Source of the DNA: a phage
Length of the DNA: 64,000 bases
Direction: 5' to 3' (one strand)
Sequence record: PX068456.1
Part shown: piece by piece, positions 56,579 through 64,000 of the stretch
How positions within the stretch are numbered: the stretch's first letter is position 1
How the letters are laid out: each line of letters opens with the position of its first letter
The notes under the pieces: generated by a model
Told to the model about the DNA's origin: nothing
Seen by the model: the letters and a program-made list of their open reading frames with translations, nothing else
Databases searched by the model: none
Made by a program: the position numbers and the translations under genes

Positions 56579-56631
56579 GAATCCTCCTTATCGTTAGTAC
56601 ACATTGATACTAACAAGAAGTTAAGATCGTG

Positions 56632-56805
56632 TCAACATCTTTGTGTTAATTTTATCCACTGTTCACATTCTTCTTTTGTGTCATACTCTACAGGCTTTCC
56701 TGTATCATTTCCACAACCATCTCCGAATGTAGCCCACCAGGAGAATAGAAAACAAGTTTCTCTTACTCTCCACTTATTGGCATAAGGTACAACATAATAA
56801 CTCAT
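56632..56805 (-). CDS. small Cys-rich protein (57 aa), preferred over plus-strand track ORF 56552..56785
   Basis: minus-strand ORF in an all-minus block. Confidence 0.4.
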   Translation of the reverse strand: MSYYVVPYANKWRVRETCFLFSWWATFGDGCGNDTGKPVEYDTKEECEQWIKLTQRC

Positions 56806-57053
56806 GGGATTGTGATCCTTAGTTCATTTTTTAAAGTATGTCTCACACATTCTTTGAAATTGTTATCAATATACACCACACGTACTCCATGAGGTGTGTC
56901 TTTACATTCAAACACATTATATACAGTATCAGATAAGACATGTTGTACGTTTACTTGTCCAATGCCATTTTTAACCACAACCATTACTTTCAGTAAACTT
57001 GTATGGTTTTTAACTTCATCTGCTACGTATGCTACAACATCTTTGATATTCAT
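56802..57053 (-). CDS. hypothetical protein, paralog of the N-terminal region of 62163..62624
   Basis: VAYVADEVKNHTSLLKV...VQHVLSDTVYNVF, cf. VADYVKEHSSLLDV...VRHILSETRYEVF. Confidence 0.5.
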   Translation of the reverse strand: MNIKDVVAYVADEVKNHTSLLKVMVVVKNGIGQVNVQHVLSDTVYNVFECKDTPHGVRVVYIDNNFKECVRHTLKNELRITIP

Positions 57054-57349
57054 GGTTTCTCCTGTTTAAGTACGATATAGGATTGACGAGATTTCCATCG
57101 CCCTATCTTAACAAGGCAAATAATGCCTCTCTTTAACAAATATTTCATATCTTCGTCATAAGCTGTTTGCAATTGCCACTTACTGTTAACAGGAAGCGAA
57201 CCATGTACCCTTAAATGAGCTAACAAATACTTTCTTCGCTCCTTTCCATAAGGCAGGTATTGCCATTCTTTCTTTGATACAGGTTCATGTACTTTGCGAT
57301 GCCAGTAAGTAAGGTGTCTTCTTTTATGTAAACCCCTGTTCCTTACCAT
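57050..57349 (-). CDS. hypothetical basic protein
   Basis: 99-aa ORF. Confidence 0.5.
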   Translation of the reverse strand: MVRNRGLHKRRHLTYWHRKVHEPVSKKEWQYLPYGKERRKYLLAHLRVHGSLPVNSKWQLQTAYDEDMKYLLKRGIICLVKIGRWKSRQSYIVLKQEKP

Positions 57350-57588
57350 TATACCTCTACCTCCGTTACCCCAGGATCTCTAGTCCAGGTGTAGTAGAGC
57401 ATACCATCTTCTTTCAGTGCAATGCGATCACTTTCGTCTCGAAGATATAAGTCACAAACTACGCGCAGTTGCGGATCTGATCCGAGTAGCTCTGAAACAA
57501 TAAGGTCATCACCGCTCATACGAGCAACAATCACTGCATATTGACCAGTATCTTCATCAAAAATTGGTTGTCCGATGTTTAATTGCAT
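57349..57588 (-). CDS. hypothetical protein
   Basis: 79-aa ORF. Confidence 0.5.
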   Translation of the reverse strand: MQLNIGQPIFDEDTGQYAVIVARMSGDDLIVSELLGSDPQLRVVCDLYLRDESDRIALKEDGMLYYTWTRDPGVTEVEV

Positions 57589-57773
57589 TGTGTTGTCTCC
57601 TTATTCAGTACGTTGTTTTGTGCTGCGCACCAGCACTCATAAAAACCTTGGGTTAATGGCATAGTGTAGTTTCCAGAAGGATCTCTTTCGAGATCCCCAT
57701 CTGCATAACAACCACTACCTAAGAACCATTTTTCAAAATCGGATAAATCATCCCAGTCTACGCTATTTTTCAT
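57579..57773 (-). CDS. hypothetical protein
   Basis: start trimmed to the internal ATG (MKNSVDWDD...) just after the upstream stop. Confidence 0.4.
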   Translation of the reverse strand: MKNSVDWDDLSDFEKWFLGSGCYADGDLERDPSGNYTMPLTQGFYECWCAAQNNVLNKETTQCN

Positions 57774-57774
57774 A

Positions 57775-58233
57775 TTATACAGTCTTATACCCGACAATAG
57801 CAACCTGATTCGTAGGTTTCCAACGACCAATAATCTCACCAGAAATCTCTGTGCTACTGTTTATGTATTGGAAATGGGTATCATCATGATTAACCCACGC
57901 CATAACGTCAAGGGTAGGGGTTTTGACGTGTACCAGCAGTGTAGCCCATTCTGGGGCTTCTTTAATATCCACAAAATCTTGCCAATCTTCTTCGATGTGC
58001 CAAGTAGGTTCACCATCAACATCTGTAACGAAGAAACGAGCTTTCATACGTTTAAAGAACATTGGTGTATACCCATGATCGCACTCTGGGATAAAATCAT
58101 CCATCGTCTCGTCATAGGTGAAATATTGTCCATCTTTGTAATGAAAAGATGCACAAAACAGTTCATTACGAGCAGGAACATGCCATACAGCTACAAAACT
58201 ACGACCATGTGGATAATGTTTAACCTCTTGCAT
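57775..58233 (-). CDS. hypothetical protein
   Basis: start set to the ATG after aaggag (MQEVKHYPHG...). Confidence 0.5.
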   Translation of the reverse strand: MQEVKHYPHGRSFVAVWHVPARNELFCASFHYKDGQYFTYDETMDDFIPECDHGYTPMFFKRMKARFFVTDVDGEPTWHIEEDWQDFVDIKEAPEWATLLVHVKTPTLDVMAWVNHDDTHFQYINSSTEISGEIIGRWKPTNQVAIVGYKTV

Positions 58234-58249
58234 AGTTTTCTCCTTATTT

Positions 58250-58594
58250 TTATTCAAAAGAATCAATTCGATTTTGTTCTATGTCAATTGCAGCATCTAA
58301 GATAAGTTTTAATGCTTCAAATTGCAAGTGTTCTTCTAAAGAGAAGACATATAAAACAACGGACTCCAAGTAAGACAGCACCCCAAGACTAAGAGTTGCA
58401 ATTTCTACTCCTGCATCGGAGAAGCCTGTTTGCAAAACTTCTTTGAAGAAACGTTGTTTATCAACAATAGCAGATAAAATAAGCGTTTTACGCTCCTCTG
58501 CTGATCGCACTGTGCAGTATATGTTGCTAAAAGAATCCAGCCACATTTTGATCATACCTTGGCGGTACATAAGGATTTCAATATCAGCCAACAT
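58250..58594 (-). CDS. hypothetical protein
   Basis: start trimmed to the ATG after gagga (MLADIEIL...). Confidence 0.45.
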   Translation of the reverse strand: MLADIEILMYRQGMIKMWLDSFSNIYCTVRSAEERKTLILSAIVDKQRFFKEVLQTGFSDAGVEIATLSLGVLSYLESVVLYVFSLEEHLQFEALKLILDAAIDIEQNRIDSFE

Positions 58595-58595
58595 A

Positions 58596-58784
58596 TTATT
58601 TATCCTCTGGAGAAAGATTTGTATTAATTTGATAGTAAAAATCAAAATCCTTGTGCTGATCGCACCATTCTTGAGCCTCTTTAAATGACGCAAATTGCAT
58701 AGTGAATGTTGCCATCCACGTGTTCATATTTTTATTAAACTTGTCGATAAAAAATGTTTGCATTATTCCTCCCATTTTATCCAA
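58596..58784 (-). CDS. hypothetical protein
   Basis: 62-aa ORF. Confidence 0.45.
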   Translation of the reverse strand: MDKMGGIMQTFFIDKFNKNMNTWMATFTMQFASFKEAQEWCDQHKDFDFYYQINTNLSPEDK

Positions 58785-58996
58785 AGGCAGTATTCTGGAA
58801 CATAAACCTCTTTCCCTTTGTTATTCACAAAGGTGTACTCCACGAATTCTGCTTTATATGTTTTGTTATATTCCTCTGCTGCTGGCACAGGACATTTTGT
58901 AATGCGCGTTTCAGTCCAACGGCGGTGTATAACCGCCTTGTTCTTTGGATCAAACGGATGTATAAAGTGCGTTTTACTCATGTGCCATTTCCACAA
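58763..58996 (-). CDS. hypothetical protein
   Basis: 77-aa ORF. Confidence 0.45.
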   Translation of the reverse strand: MWKWHMSKTHFIHPFDPKNKAVIHRRWTETRITKCPVPAAEEYNKTYKAEFVEYTFVNNKGKEVYVPEYCLWIKWEE

Positions 58997-59378
58997 GATT
59001 TTTAATCATAGTTTCTCGACAGAGATTCCACATATCTGAAGCAACCATAGAGGCATATTCATCGGGGTTGGATTCTGGTAAAATCTCTTTAACTGCTTCT
59101 GGTGTCGGATTGCAGAGAGCAGGTAGTGCTTTAAGTGCATCTTCAATAGAGAGCTTCTTACCTTCACTGTAAATAATCTCGTAACCATAATCATTTACAT
59201 CTTCTGAAATATCCCGATCCAGGTAACGTACAGTGGAGTTATGCATTTTGTTCATAGCTTCACTAACACCTGCGCCACAAAGCTGTGCAACTTCTTCAGA
59301 GATACAATCACAAATAACAACTTCATAAGGTTTTCCACCATAATACTGCGCATTATATTTGATTTTAACAGACCACAT
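58974..59378 (-). CDS. hypothetical protein
   Basis: 134-aa ORF. Confidence 0.5.
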   Translation of the reverse strand: MWSVKIKYNAQYYGGKPYEVVICDCISEEVAQLCGAGVSEAMNKMHNSTVRYLDRDISEDVNDYGYEIIYSEGKKLSIEDALKALPALCNPTPEAVKEILPESNPDEYASMVASDMWNLCRETMIKNLVEMAHE

Positions 59379-59433
59379 ATCACTCTCCTTATTTAACGTG
59401 TTTTAGCAATTCAATAAAACATAATCTCTTTCA

Positions 59434-60018
59434 TTACACATCCTCCATTTGGAACATCTCTTTGTGGTTAGAATAGATCTGTTTGAAAATCTTGTCAAGA
59501 CGTTCATATGATTCTTTATGCTCTTGTTTCCATCCTTGATTTCGGATTTTATCTGCCAGATCATAAGCCTCGCATAAAACTTTGGCAAAATTGGTATTAT
59601 CTATAGCACAAGCCTCAAAACCCTGAACTAAACCCTCTACATCGTACCACGTGTAGTCAGAGTTACTAGGAGGCTTTCCTGCGTCGGCTAAACGTTGCCT
59701 TACCCATTCAATACGTTTTTCATTCAAATGGCACTTACCTTCCCTACACTCTTGTTCTAATTCTTCTTTAGATTCGTTGAATGGGTGAAGGACAGGAAGT
59801 TCTGCTTTTTGCAATTGCTCCAGGTATTCACCTACAATGCGCATAGCTTCACTGTGTGTACACTTTCTGCCTGTGTGCCAGTAACGGAAGATACTTTCTG
59901 TTAAACAGATGCTTTTACTAAACATCGCATTGTCTTTAACATTCGATCTAGTAACCCAGTCTATATAATATACATAAAACTGCAATAATTCATAACTGCT
60001 TGGTATAATTTTACTCAT
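59434..60018 (-). CDS. hypothetical protein, LLQFY...HPFN family paralog 1
   Basis: 194 aa; shares LLQFY, HPFN and HLNEKRIEWV blocks with 60642..61010 and 62986..63408. Confidence 0.55.
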   Translation of the reverse strand: MSKIIPSSYELLQFYVYYIDWVTRSNVKDNAMFSKSICLTESIFRYWHTGRKCTHSEAMRIVGEYLEQLQKAELPVLHPFNESKEELEQECREGKCHLNEKRIEWVRQRLADAGKPPSNSDYTWYDVEGLVQGFEACAIDNTNFAKVLCEAYDLADKIRNQGWKQEHKESYERLDKIFKQIYSNHKEMFQMEDV

Positions 60019-60027
60019 GACCTCTCC

Positions 60028-60195
60028 TTAATTGTGAAAAATGTTATCGATCAGTATGATTAGTAGTACGAGGATAGAAGGGAGTAGGAATAGAAATCTT
60101 AACATTATGTGACGCGTGTGAGAAGCGGCTTTAGCTCCAGCCGCCAATAAGCCTACTAGTCCTACAATAAAGAGCAGTTGTTCAGGGACACCCAT
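60028..60195 (-). CDS. small membrane protein (55 aa, not in the ORF track)
   Basis: two hydrophobic segments; weak ribosome-binding site. Confidence 0.35.
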   Translation of the reverse strand: MGVPEQLLFIVGLVGLLAAGAKAASHTRHIMLRFLFLLPSILVLLIILIDNIFHN

Positions 60196-60196
60196 A

Positions 60197-60421
60197 TTAT
60201 GGAACACTTGGATACTCCGTAAGTTTGGCTAACAGTTGAATATGTGGACACGTGAATTGTTGTCCTGGGTAGCGTGAGCTAATATCATCCAGCAAAGCAA
60301 TCACAGCATTGTGCAATGCTTCGTAATCTTCATAATACACCATTTCTCCATTAGGATCTTCCACAATATCGCAGTGACAAGCGTGAGCAGTACACGCATC
60401 CCATTCCAGACGTTTTACCAT
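60197..60421 (-). CDS. hypothetical protein, CDIVxDPxG family paralog B
   Basis: 74 aa; CDIVEDPNGEMVYYEDYEAL block. Confidence 0.5.
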   Translation of the reverse strand: MVKRLEWDACTAHACHCDIVEDPNGEMVYYEDYEALHNAVIALLDDISSRYPGQQFTCPHIQLLAKLTEYPSVP

Positions 60422-60430
60422 AAACCCTCC

Positions 60431-60649
60431 TTACTCATACATTTGATAAGATACATAACGGTTGCAATCAAGTGCGAGAAACTTTTCAGCATCCCTTTGA
60501 TGCTTGAACACAATACACTGTTCTTTTTTAGCTTCACTTTCACGAGCTTCTCTTGCCATATGCTCACCTAAACGAATGATACCAGAGAATAACACGTATG
60601 CAAGAATAAGACAAACAGAGATTGCACAGAAAGTTTTAAACTTAATCAT
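60431..60649 (-). CDS. small membrane-anchored protein, paralog of 56354..56578
   Basis: start set to the ATG after ggagg (MIKFKTF...). Confidence 0.5.
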   Translation of the reverse strand: MIKFKTFCAISVCLILAYVLFSGIIRLGEHMAREARESEAKKEQCIVFKHQRDAEKFLALDCNRYVSYQMYE

Positions 60650-61010
60650 TGTATTCCTCCATATCACGAATACGATCAATCACCCATTGTACACGTTCTT
60701 TGTTAAGGTGCGCAATGCCTAACTCTGTTTCCGTAAAGTAGTGTGAGAAATCTGTATTAAATGGGTGTAAATGGTTCAAACCCGCTTTCTTAAACTGTTC
60801 CTTCATTTCCTCTCGTACAGAGGCTTGAAGGTTTGCTACATTCTCAACGTCTTTTATCCAAGCAATATTGTATAAGAAGTCTACAAGACACGTGCAAAGA
60901 CCATAATGCTTTTTGCTAAAGTTTGTATCTTCTTGTTCTAACCACCACTCATAAAATTGTAGCAAATAGGTGCTGCTTTTCATGTTACACACTTTATTAT
61001 TCTCTTGCAT
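60642..61010 (-). CDS. hypothetical protein, LLQFY...HPFN family paralog 2
   Basis: 122 aa; LLQFYEWW, GLCTCLVDFL, HLHPFN, HLNKERVQWVIDRI. Confidence 0.55.
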   Translation of the reverse strand: MQENNKVCNMKSSTYLLQFYEWWLEQEDTNFSKKHYGLCTCLVDFLYNIAWIKDVENVANLQASVREEMKEQFKKAGLNHLHPFNTDFSHYFTETELGIAHLNKERVQWVIDRIRDMEEYND

Positions 61011-61019
61011 GATCTATCC

Positions 61020-61319
61020 TTAATGCCAATCTACGATCACTGAATCTACAAAACCCTCTTTGGTGTTTAAAGCATACACCTTACTAAGTCCACGCTCTCG
61101 CAGTGCTTCCATAGCAAGATCAATCAAATCCACTTGGCGTTTCCTTGCTTGTTCATTTGTCGGATAGTCATCCAAACCGAAAACAGATGGTTTAAATGCC
61201 TTGGAGTATTTGCCAGTTTTTGCCTGATCATAACAATCCTGAATAACTTCATCAATAGGAAACCACAAGCCTTCTCCACTTTGCTTTGCAATACAGCGCA
61301 GTTTTTCTGTAACAGTCAT
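61020..61319 (-). CDS. hypothetical protein
   Basis: 99-aa ORF. Confidence 0.5.
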   Translation of the reverse strand: MTVTEKLRCIAKQSGEGLWFPIDEVIQDCYDQAKTGKYSKAFKPSVFGLDDYPTNEQARKRQVDLIDLAMEALRERGLSKVYALNTKEGFVDSVIVDWH

Positions 61320-61537
61320 TCTTCCTCTCCTTTCAATTTACACTCAAAGATACCATTCTTAATGTTATCTGTCAAATAAAGGCTATCTTCTATCTCTTCT
61401 TTTGTATACACATAAGCCTCCTTTTCCACGTCTGTCAGACCTTGCATCGGAGCTAGTAGCCACCAGCCCCGCCAGTCAAACATAGGAGACTTATCAGATA
61501 CACGAAGAATGTATCTATCATTACACATATTATACAA
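61316..61537 (-). CDS. hypothetical protein
   Basis: 73-aa ORF. Confidence 0.45.
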   Translation of the reverse strand: MYNMCNDRYILRVSDKSPMFDWRGWWLLAPMQGLTDVEKEAYVYTKEEIEDSLYLTDNIKNGIFECKLKGEEE

Positions 61538-61982
61538 TGTTCACATGAACATCTGCAACACCAATAAGCGAATATACTTCAACTACACTCTGTGTACGAT
61601 CCAGTTTGTAACGTTTTGCCTCTTTTTCAACTTCCTCACGGTAGGTTGTTTCCATGATTGGAACTCCGTCCACTACTAGCAGGTATTTCTCTTCACGTTT
61701 ACTTTTTGGTGCTTCCTCTAATACTTCTACAAAGTATTCAAACTCACTTTTTGCAAGCAATGTGTAACACTGACGAAAATCGCCTTCGTTTTGAGTGATA
61801 ATTTCTTGTTCTCCTGCTAAGGATTGCAAAGAAGTTACACCATACCAGTCATCCACATCTAATACACGAAAACAGGAATCACCTAAGAAAAAAGCAATCT
61901 TGCTATTGCACTCAGACACATTACCAAACTTACGGATATAAGATGCGTTTTTAAAACGATACACTTTACCAATTTCAAACAT
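61530..61982 (-). CDS. hypothetical protein
   Basis: 150-aa ORF. Confidence 0.5.
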   Translation of the reverse strand: MFEIGKVYRFKNASYIRKFGNVSECNSKIAFFLGDSCFRVLDVDDWYGVTSLQSLAGEQEIITQNEGDFRQCYTLLAKSEFEYFVEVLEEAPKSKREEKYLLVVDGVPIMETTYREEVEKEAKRYKLDRTQSVVEVYSLIGVADVHVNIV

Positions 61983-61996
61983 TACACAACTCCTTA

Positions 61997-62170
61997 TTAT
62001 TCAAGAGTAAAAGGAATGATCTCACCATAGCTGTATTGCATGGCATTCACTTCTGCTTCTGCACGTTGTGCTAGTTCTAATGTTGCACAGATCTTGTAAG
62101 GAACAGTGCTGCATTGGCTCCAGCCTGGGGTATTCTTTGTTACTAAGTACACAGTAGTTTCTTTATTCAT
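61997..62170 (-). CDS. small hypothetical protein (57 aa, not in the ORF track)
   Basis: aggagaggaaagttATG. Confidence 0.45.
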   Translation of the reverse strand: MNKETTVYLVTKNTPGWSQCSTVPYKICATLELAQRAEAEVNAMQYSYGEIIPFTLE

Positions 62171-62624
62171 AACTTTCCTCTCCTAGTTCATCATACCATT
62201 TCAAAGCATCTTTTGGAAGCATACCAAAATCTTCTTTCAGTTCTTTTTCAATCTCTTCTTTCAGTTCATTCAACACTTGCAGTTGGCGTATTTTCTTCCG
62301 TAACAAAGTTTCCCGCTCATTGTTGCTTGGTGTTACTTCATTTGCTGCCATCATCACATATCCGGTCGGAGAGCAAGGAAGATAATCATCAATATTTTCT
62401 AAAGCATAACGAAAATTGGAATCCAAGAAGTTTACATGCACTTGATCACATCCAAACAACTTGGCACGAAATACTTCATAACGAGTTTCAGATAAGATAT
62501 GTCGCACACAGACAATACCTACATCATTTTGCACTGCACAGGTTACATCTAACAAACTTGAGTGTTCTTTGACATAATCTGCAACACATTGCACATGTGC
62601 TTCCAGTATAGATAGTTGTCTCAT
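62163..62624 (-). CDS. hypothetical protein, N-terminal region paralogous to 56802..57053
   Basis: 153 aa with an acidic coiled-coil-like C-terminus. Confidence 0.5.
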   Translation of the reverse strand: MRQLSILEAHVQCVADYVKEHSSLLDVTCAVQNDVGIVCVRHILSETRYEVFRAKLFGCDQVHVNFLDSNFRYALENIDDYLPCSPTGYVMMAANEVTPSNNERETLLRKKIRQLQVLNELKEEIEKELKEDFGMLPKDALKWYDELGEESYE

Positions 62625-62684
62625 TTTCTACCTCCCCATAATGCTAACATTATTCTGTTGTGGTGTGATCATTGCACACAACCT

Positions 62685-62915
62685 TTAATAAACAATTTCA
62701 TATTCATGAGGAAAGAAAACATAATCTTCCCCTTCTCGTGCATCTATCTCGTCCCAAAACCATTCCTGCACTTCCATCATCTTCGAGAATCGCACATGAG
62801 CAAGCCCACTGTATTCCACCGTAGCTTCCAATACTAGTGGAAATTTTACATGGGTAAGTCCTTTATAACCACCATCATTCTCAATACGAATTTTCATGTG
62901 TTTCATGTTATGCAT
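62685..62915 (-). CDS. hypothetical protein
   Basis: 76-aa ORF. Confidence 0.45.
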   Translation of the reverse strand: MHNMKHMKIRIENDGGYKGLTHVKFPLVLEATVEYSGLAHVRFSKMMEVQEWFWDEIDAREGEDYVFFPHEYEIVY

Positions 62916-62985
62916 TTCATCTCCTCATTGGCTATTTGTTATGCGCGGTATTGCATATCTTATGGAACACAGTGTACAGACATTT

Positions 62986-63408
62986 CTACTCAATGCAAGC
63001 ATTATTTGCATCTTCGATTCTGTCTTTCACCCACTGCAATCTCTTTGGGTTGGTATGGCAAGAATGTGTCTTACCTTCATCTTCATAACACAGAAGATCA
63101 TAATTAAAGGGTAGGAAGGAGGATAGCCCAGCACACGTGAATTGCAGTTTCATCTCTTCCAGCGTTTTGCTACGAACCATCTTGAAATGTTCTATATCTT
63201 CTTGCGTAGGTTTTTTCTTTGACATAGTGGTTGCCAGGTAATCCATAAGGCAATTACACAAACCAACATTCTCACGATGCATTGAGGAATGATCTTCCAT
63301 CCATGCTTTGTAAAATTCTAACAGCAGTGGACTGCTAAGAGGAACACACATATCAGACTCCTTTATAAGATTACGTTTCATGCCACACATCATACAGCGT
63401 CTTTTCAT
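62986..63408 (-). CDS. hypothetical Cys-rich protein, LLQFY...HPFN family paralog 3; first gene of the minus-strand block
   Basis: 140 aa; LLLEFYKAWM, GLCNCLMDYL, LPFN, RLQWVKDRI. Confidence 0.55.
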   Translation of the reverse strand: MKRRCMMCGMKRNLIKESDMCVPLSSPLLLEFYKAWMEDHSSMHRENVGLCNCLMDYLATTMSKKKPTQEDIEHFKMVRSKTLEEMKLQFTCAGLSSFLPFNYDLLCYEDEGKTHSCHTNPKRLQWVKDRIEDANNACIE

Positions 63409-64000
63409 CTGTTACAAGAACAGCAACATAGGAACATCATTAATGAAGGATTTAGTATAGGATTTCCCTATCAATTATTCTATATATACCTATTATTTTT
63501 AACACACCCCTTAGTACATAATATAGACAAATAAATATCTATGCCACAAAAATTTTCCGGTATACCCGATTTATTTCGACACACCCCCTTTTCATAAGCG
63601 TAAAGTCAATAATATCAATAACTTGCCGCAAAATACTGCTCGCTTGCGAGAGGTGCTTAACGCGATTTTTAGCGCCCCCCGATTTCTGCCGACCGTCCCC
63701 CTCAAATATCAATGAGAATTATTATCATTTGCATTATCATTCAATGACTTATAAGACTTTTGATTATTTTCTAAGCAAGAAAGGCATTACTCACAACAAA
63801 ACAGATAAATTCTAAGCAAATCAATGGCTTGGCAAGTCTAAACATCTATATACACCTTGCCAAATGAAATGATCCTGCGTGAAATAGTGCCACCCGTGGA
63901 AGATAGCTGATAATGATTATCATTTGCATACTTTCTATACTATAAAACGCCCTAAAAATCAAAATAATTCTGATTTATTGCGCTTTTAAGAAAGTAGGCT
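63409..64000. promoter_or_regulatory. non-coding repeat-rich control region upstream of the minus-strand small-gene block
   Basis: no ORF of 60 aa or more; GC islands (acacccc, cgccccccg, cgtccccc) in AT-rich DNA; direct repeats attatcatttgcat (about 63721 and 63919) and ttctaagcaa (about 63770 and 63811). Confidence 0.45.

Noticed and set aside
1-64000. CRISPR array, integrase/attachment site, rRNA or transposon
   Set aside because: No regularly spaced direct repeats, no tyrosine integrase, no rRNA-like segments; the only recombinase is a small serine resolvase without flanking inverted repeats that I could see.

Overview
This window reads as a 64-kb segment of a virulent tailed-phage genome, AT-rich with strong AGGAGG ribosome-binding sites, infecting a Gram-negative host (overlapping spanin pair, T4-type lysozyme). 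All calls come from reading the sequence and the ORF track by eye; no searches or folding were run, so tRNA boundaries and anticodons are approximate. Layout: (1) 1-8.7 kb, minus-strand head and packaging module (large terminase with an apparent intein in its P-loop, portal, scaffold, decoration-like protein, major capsid protein); (2) 9.8-12.6 kb, minus-strand array of about 18 tRNA genes, several atypical; (3) 13.4-16.1 kb, NAMPT-like plus PRPP-synthetase-like gene pair; (4) 16.5-52 kb, plus-strand block: phosphoesterase/ligase/kinase RNA-repair-like cassette, DNA ligase, MazG, flap endonuclease, DnaQ-like exonuclease, HNH endonuclease, tdk, thyX, nrdA/nrdB, glutaredoxin, complete dTDP-L-rhamnose operon, lysozyme, PhoH, HslV-like peptidase, two DNA methyltransferases, serine recombinase, sirtuin; (5) 52-63.4 kb, minus-strand block of about 35 small genes with at least four paralog families; (6) 63.4-64 kb, repeat-rich non-coding DNA. 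The strongest candidates for a new or recently described system are the NAMPT-like/Prs-like pair (possible NAD+ reconstitution anti-defence pathway) together with the phage sirtuin, the dTDP-rhamnose operon, the split RNA-repair cassette and the terminase intein.
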